From the human T2T-CHM13v2.0 reference genome, Homo sapiens, in the NCBI RefSeq assembly GCF_009914755.1, contig NC_060934.1: a DNA stretch of 64,000 nucleotides. One strand, given 5' to 3'. Position 1 is the first letter of the stretch. Each line of letters opens with the position of its first letter. The position numbers and the translations under genes were made by a program. Positions 58,590-64,000 of this stretch are shown here, one piece after another. The notes beneath the pieces are model-generated. The model saw only the letters and a program-made list of their open reading frames with translations. It did not search any database and was not told where the DNA came from.

Positions 58590-59147
58590 CATACCTGTGG
58601 GTTTCACATTGCTGATCCAATCCAACCATGGATTGGAAATATTTGGGGGCAGCTGGGCATGGTGGTTCGCTCACACCTGTAATCCCAGCACTTTGGGAGG
58701 CCAAGGCAGACAGATCACCTGAGGTCAGGAGTTCAAGACCAGCCTGGCCAACATTGCGAAACCCCGTCTCTACTAAAAATACAAACATTTGCTGGGCGAG
58801 GTGGCAGGTGCCTGTAATCCCAGCTACTTGGGAGGCTGAGGCAGGGAGAATTGCTTGAACCCAGAAGGCGGAGGTTGCAGTGAGCCGAGATCTTGCCACT
58901 GCACTACAGCCTGGGCAACAGAGCGAGACTTCATCTCAAAAACAAACAAAAAAAGTGTTTATGTGTAGCATTTACTTTGTATTAGGTATTATGAGTAATC
59001 TAGAAATGATTTAAAGTATATGGGAAGATACGTATAGGTTATATGCAAACACTATGCCATTTTATATCAGATTTGAGCATCCATGGATTTTGGTATCTGA
59101 AGGGAGGACTGGAACCAATCCCTCCGCAGATATGGGGGTTGACTGTA
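58590..59147. mobile_element. MER2-type fossil with a nested Alu, opposite orientation to the 6.8-kb copy
   Basis: gagcatccatggattttggtatc...ggaaccaatccc...gactgta. Confidence 0.7.
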
Positions 59148-59691
59148 TCTGTATAGTTACAGAATCATAAAAGGTTAGAGCTGGAAGGGACCTTAGCATT
59201 TAATCCTACTCCCTCACTGAATGTGAACACAAGGAGATTGAGTCCCAGTAGAGTTGAATGATTTGTCTGAGGTTACGGAACTGCTTAGGGACAGAATTGA
59301 ACCCTAAAGAATTGGGTAAATCTGGTCTTTGAGGCAGACATTTCCTGCAGCGCTGAAGAATTTAGGACATGTTTAAGAATGATCTGAAAAGTGGAGAATA
59401 GAAGTTTTTTTTTTTTTTTAAGACTAGAAGAGGTGTGAGGTAGTATATAATTCGAGTTTATTACAAACAAGGAGTGCATTGGATTTGCATGCCATTGCTA
59501 CAAAAAGTATTTTGGCAAATAGGAAACTCTCCATGACCTATAGAAAGGGAATGAACAGCAGTGTGGACAGTCCAAAAGCCACCTAGATTTGTTGTGGGGT
59601 AATCTGTTTTGTCCCACTCTTACATTTGATTGTGGGTGTCTACTATTTTAAAAATTCATGCTACAAGCCAAATCATGCTTCCAAACAATAG

Positions 59692-59947
<256 letters not shown>

Positions 59948-60042
59948 TGATCCGCCTGCCTCGGCTTCCCAAAGTGTTGGGAGTACAGGCGTGAGCCACT
60001 GCGCCCGGCCTTTTTTTCTCTTTTCTACACTCCCCTTAATTC

Positions 60043-60353
<311 letters not shown>

Positions 60354-60539
60354 TCCCCTTAATTCTTTTAGCTTCCTAGGAGGTGGCAGGAATGGACAGT
60401 TTCTTTATCCTGGTGCTGAGCGTAGGTCCCTACTGAATTGTGCCTTCTCCTTCTCTGTGGACCTTGTCTGCTGAGTTTCTTTTCACCTTAGGGCTTACAG
60501 GGCTTGTGCAAGGAGGTAATTAAGTGTTTTCTTTGAAAG

Positions 60540-60719
60540 GTCTTTTGTGGGGATGAGCCAGGGTGCAAGGAGAGTACAATACTCCAGTTACCGAATTGAA
60601 ACCATCCCTGCAGTGGAGCAGCCTCCTCCAGTTTCTGTTGGGTTTTGAGCTACCTGTTAAATAAGTCAGTGGGATTGTCAAGGACAAAGCCCTCCCTGGC
60701 TGCCTCAGGGCAAAATCAG
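60540..60719 (+). other. ZDHHC16: Probable alternative 5'UTR exon of ZDHHC16 (180 nt)
   Basis: ttttctttgaaAG acceptor and CAG|GTAATT donor in repeat-free sequence. Confidence 0.65.
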
Positions 60720-61858
60720 GTAATTTTTTTTTCTGATGAAAGTCTTTAATCTGCAGAACTGATGAAACTGTCATCGAAGGAATCTGTTAGCGCATCTGTG
60801 TCTTCTGTTCTGGTCATTGCCCAGGCAGCCGATCTCTTCCCATGGCTGTTGCATGAGGTAGAAACTGCATAGAGGAGATGGAGGCACTGGCAGAGGTGCC
60901 ATAGAAGCAGTGAACTGGGAAGTCTGGTTGGGTATCTTGGGGCTAAGGCAGCAGCTGCAGAGAAGGTTCTTAAATGTCTAATTAGACTGGGGCAGTGGAG
61001 TCCATCAGAGAGGTCAGGACCCGAGGCCTTCATGAATCAACATGGAGGTCCCCTCCCATTGACTCCTTCCTGTGTTCTGCTCAGAATACCTGGAGTTGTC
61101 TTGGCTACCATTTCCTTGGGGTGGGGCTGGGAATGGAATTGGAGACAAAGCATTTTCTGTCATGCAAGGGGTAGCTGGCTGTCCTGACAGGAGACAGGGA
61201 ATCTCCTGCTACCAGGTTGAGTTGGCTAGCCTGTGACATCAGCCCAGAGGGAGTAGGAAGAAGAGTATCTTTTGCCAAGACTTAAATAGCACCAGGAAAT
61301 ACCTCGGTACAGGATCCACATTCTGTGTACTCATTCCTCCATTGGCTGTTCTTTGGTGAGGAATAATCATCTGAAGGTAGGTTGATGCACTAGGGCAGTC
61401 AGGAAGCCCTGGCAATCTCTGCTACAGTGGCCATGCCCAGAGACACAGTGGACAGCTTTGTCCATGTTGGCCACACTCCACCCAAAAGTCTGTCTACACA
61501 GACAACTCCTAAGACTGCTTTGATTTGGAGTGGCCTTTCTCACCCCTTTCCTGTGGCCTGTTGCTTTAGGTGTGCATCACCTTGGATTTGCTATGCAACC
61601 ATGTGGTGTAATTTAAGTACAATTTCTGCAGGCTCAGAACCATCAGTTTTACTCCCTTAATCTGGTTGGAACATTGGCACTGGTCAGTCCGTAGAAAAGT
61701 GAAGTAACCTTCCTACTTCTCACAGTTGGTGACTGGCCTAGCTGGGTCTTAGTCTTAGGTCTTTGCCCTCCAAGTGAGTACTCTAGGCCTTCCCACTAGC
61801 GGGGTAGGGAGGGAGGGCTCAGACTAGATCCTCACAATGGTGTGCTCTCGTAGGAACC

Positions 61859-62101
61859 ATGCGAGGCCAGCGGAGCCTGCTGCTGGGCCCGGCCCGCCTC
61901 TGCCTCCGCCTCCTTCTGCTGCTGGGTTACAGGCGCCGCTGTCCACCTCTACTCCGGGGTCTAGTACAGCGCTGGCGCTACGGCAAGGTCTGCCTGCGCT
62001 CCCTGCTCTACAACTCCTTTGGGGGCAGTGACACCGCTGTTGATGCTGCCTTTGAGCCTGTCTACTGGCTGGTAGACAACGTGATCCGCTGGTTTGGAGT
62101 G
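61859..62101 (+). CDS. ZDHHC16: ZDHHC16 first coding exon
   Basis: Acceptor AG at 61853; accATG at 61859; MRGQRSLLLGPARLCLRLLLLLGYRRR...VIRWFGV; donor GTGAGT. Confidence 0.94.
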
Positions 62102-62272
62102 GTGAGTGATGTCCAGGGAGCAGGAAAAGGGGTGTTGTGGGGAGCAGAGGGACATGTCTCTCACAGACCCAACCCAGGTTTTGGAGGCCGGCCCCCACCC
62201 CCAGGGAAACTCCGAGTCTCCTTTGGGCATAGCTCTTGCGCCATGTCTCCCTGACCTTGCTGGTGTTGGCAG

Positions 62273-62467
62273 GTGTTCGTGGTCCTGGTGATCGTGCTGA
62301 CAGGCTCCATTGTAGCTATCGCCTACCTGTGTGTCCTGCCTCTCATCCTCCGAACCTACTCAGTGCCACGACTCTGCTGGCATTTCTTCTATAGCCACTG
62401 GAATCTGATCCTGATTGTCTTCCACTACTACCAGGCCATCACCACTCCGCCTGGGTACCCACCCCAG
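62273..62467 (+). CDS. ZDHHC16: ZDHHC16 coding exon 2 (transmembrane segments)
   Basis: VFVVLVIVLTGSIVAIAYL...YQAITTPPGYPPQ, 195 nt. Confidence 0.95.
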
Positions 62468-62597
62468 GTGGGTCCTCACAGGAGCACTGGGGGAAGTTGC
62501 TGGCTATGGGAGCTGGTCCCAGGAGTGGGGAGAGTATCTTGGTATAGTTTTGAGAGACAGAACTGGTGCTGCCACGTTATGCTCTCCCTTCACACAG

Positions 62598-62686
62598 GGC
62601 AGGAATGATATCGCCACCGTCTCCATCTGTAAGAAGTGCATTTACCCCAAGCCAGCCCGAACACACCACTGCAGCATCTGCAACAG
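62598..62686 (+). CDS. ZDHHC16: ZDHHC16 coding exon 3
   Basis: GRNDIATVSICKKCIYPKPARTHHCSICN(R). Confidence 0.95.
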
Positions 62687-63077
62687 GTGGGTCTTGGCTT
62701 TGCTCTCTGGGAATCCCAGCTGTGGTCCTTCTGTAGCCCTAGGGCAAAACCTAACCTTGAGTTTGCTAAGACATGGGTGAATCACCCATCGTGTCCCAGG
62801 TGATGTGCCCTCTTCTCCTGACACCTCATCCTTAGGATGGTCCTGTGAGTTAGGCATTATTACCACTTGTGAAAACCGAGGTTTGGAGAGATGAGTTACC
62901 TTGTCCAATATCTTATAGCCATTAAACTGCAGAGCTGGGTTTGAAGCAAGGCCTGGCTGTCTTCAAAGTCTGTGCCCTTTCCACCTCAGCAGGATGCTGG
63001 TCCTTGTAGGGAAGGATTGGCACTGACATCTCAAGAACTTTGGCCACCGTAACAGAGCCTGTGTCCCTTCCTCACAG

Positions 63078-63106
63078 GTGTGTGCTGAAGATGGATCACC
63101 ACTGCC
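63078..63106 (+). CDS. ZDHHC16: ZDHHC16 coding exon 4 (29-nt exon carrying DHHC)
   Basis: CVLKMDHHC(P), followed by GTATCCTTTT. Confidence 0.94.
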
Positions 63107-63712
63107 GTATCCTTTTGCTTTCTCTTCTGCCTGAGGCCTTCTTTAGCTCCAGAGCACTGTACAGGGTTAATGGCCACCATTTTAGCATCACCGTGCAGAG
63201 AACACTGGAGTTGAGGAGTTGTGGGGCCTGACCATCTCCTGGGAGAGCAGGAAGCTCACACTCTAGGACGGATCTTCTTGGAGCAGGGAATCTTTTAACA
63301 CCTCTTTCTTTTCTAGACTCTCATGCTAACAGCTATTGGATGGAAAGAGATGTTTGGGCTTCTGTGGTTGTTTACTGTGTACGCCAGATAGAACCGTGGG
63401 TCTCCAGCTGCTGTTCCACACAGATGTTTGGCTAACTCCAGCTAGGCTGAAATATTGGCAGATTCATTTTACTGAAGGATTTCAGTTTCCGTGACTTCTT
63501 GGTGGGACCTGAATGCTCTGAAAAGCTTTGAGCATTTTCACCTCAACCTTGGGTGTGAACAGTCTTGTATTTTCTTGCCTTTGGAAAGTAGTTCTTAGTG
63601 ACTGGAAGCCTGAGGCTTGGGTGATATTGTCAGGAACCAGGGATGAACCTGAGGGGCCTGGACACCGCCTGAAATTGTGTTTGATTCTAGTCCTTAATCA
63701 TTTCCCAACCAG
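63107..63712 (+). other. ZDHHC16: U12-type (minor spliceosome) GT-AG intron of ZDHHC16
   Basis: 5'ss GTATCCTTTT; branch site TCCTTAAT at 63691-63698; CAG 3'ss ends at 63712. Confidence 0.92.
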
Positions 63713-63846
63713 CCTGGCTAAACAATTGTGTGGGCCACTATAACCATCGGTACTTCTTCTCTTTCTGCTTTTTCATGACTCTGGGCTGTGTCTACTGCAG
63801 CTATGGAAGTTGGGACCTTTTCCGGGAGGCTTATGCTGCCATTGAG
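63713..63846 (+). CDS. ZDHHC16: ZDHHC16 coding exon 5
   Basis: (P)WLNNCVGHYNHRYFFSFCFFMTLGCVYCSYGSWDLFREAYAAIE; donor GTGAGC. Confidence 0.94.
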
Positions 63847-63981
63847 GTGAGCTCATCAGGAACAGGGCAGCTCAGTAGTGCAGAACTTCGGGATGTAGAA
63901 CCTGTCCCTAAGGAATGGGGCTGGTAGCACCCCATCCTAGAGGCCTGAGAGTATAACCAGCACTGTTTTCCGTCCCCTTAG

Positions 63982-64000
63982 AAAATGAAACAGCTCGACA
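63982..64000 (+). CDS. ZDHHC16: ZDHHC16 next exon, truncated by the window edge
   Basis: ttttccgtccccttAG acceptor; in-frame KMKQLD. Confidence 0.7.

Noticed and set aside
60725-60790. Two CTGATGA motifs with GAAA, resembling a hammerhead core or C/D boxes
   Set aside because: No stem II pairing between CTGATGA and GAAA, and no terminal stem for a snoRNA.
60746-61033. 95-aa antisense ORF in ZDHHC16 intron
   Set aside because: No recognisable domain, promoter or splice context; length is compatible with chance.

Overview
Human-like (primate) genomic DNA, very Alu-dense. From the spliced translations I recognise the RRP12 - PGAM1 - EXOSC1 - ZDHHC16 cluster (human 10q24.1, from recall). The window holds the first 6 coding exons of RRP12 (minus), complete PGAM1 (plus, 4 exons, 254 aa), complete EXOSC1 (minus, 8 exons, 195 aa) and the 5' part of ZDHHC16 (plus). 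EXOSC1 and ZDHHC16 share a bidirectional CpG-island promoter. Exon boundaries were read from GT/AG signals and checked for phase. Non-coding content includes an RPL34 processed pseudogene, a Y1 RNA retrocopy, a HERV-K(HML-2) solo LTR, two AluYb8 copies, DNA-transposon fossils and a GC-box heptamer tandem repeat in the PGAM1 promoter. Main observations: (1) both genes of the head-to-head pair carry a U12-type minor intron, one of them right after the DHHC motif; (2) the RPL34 retrocopy and an L1 3' end lie inside one target-site duplication; (3) the PGAM1 promoter repeat abuts HRE and NRF1 motifs; (4) the ZDHHC16 leader has stacked uORFs. I see no evidence of a wholly new gene system. Most ORFs in the supplied track are Alu artefacts.
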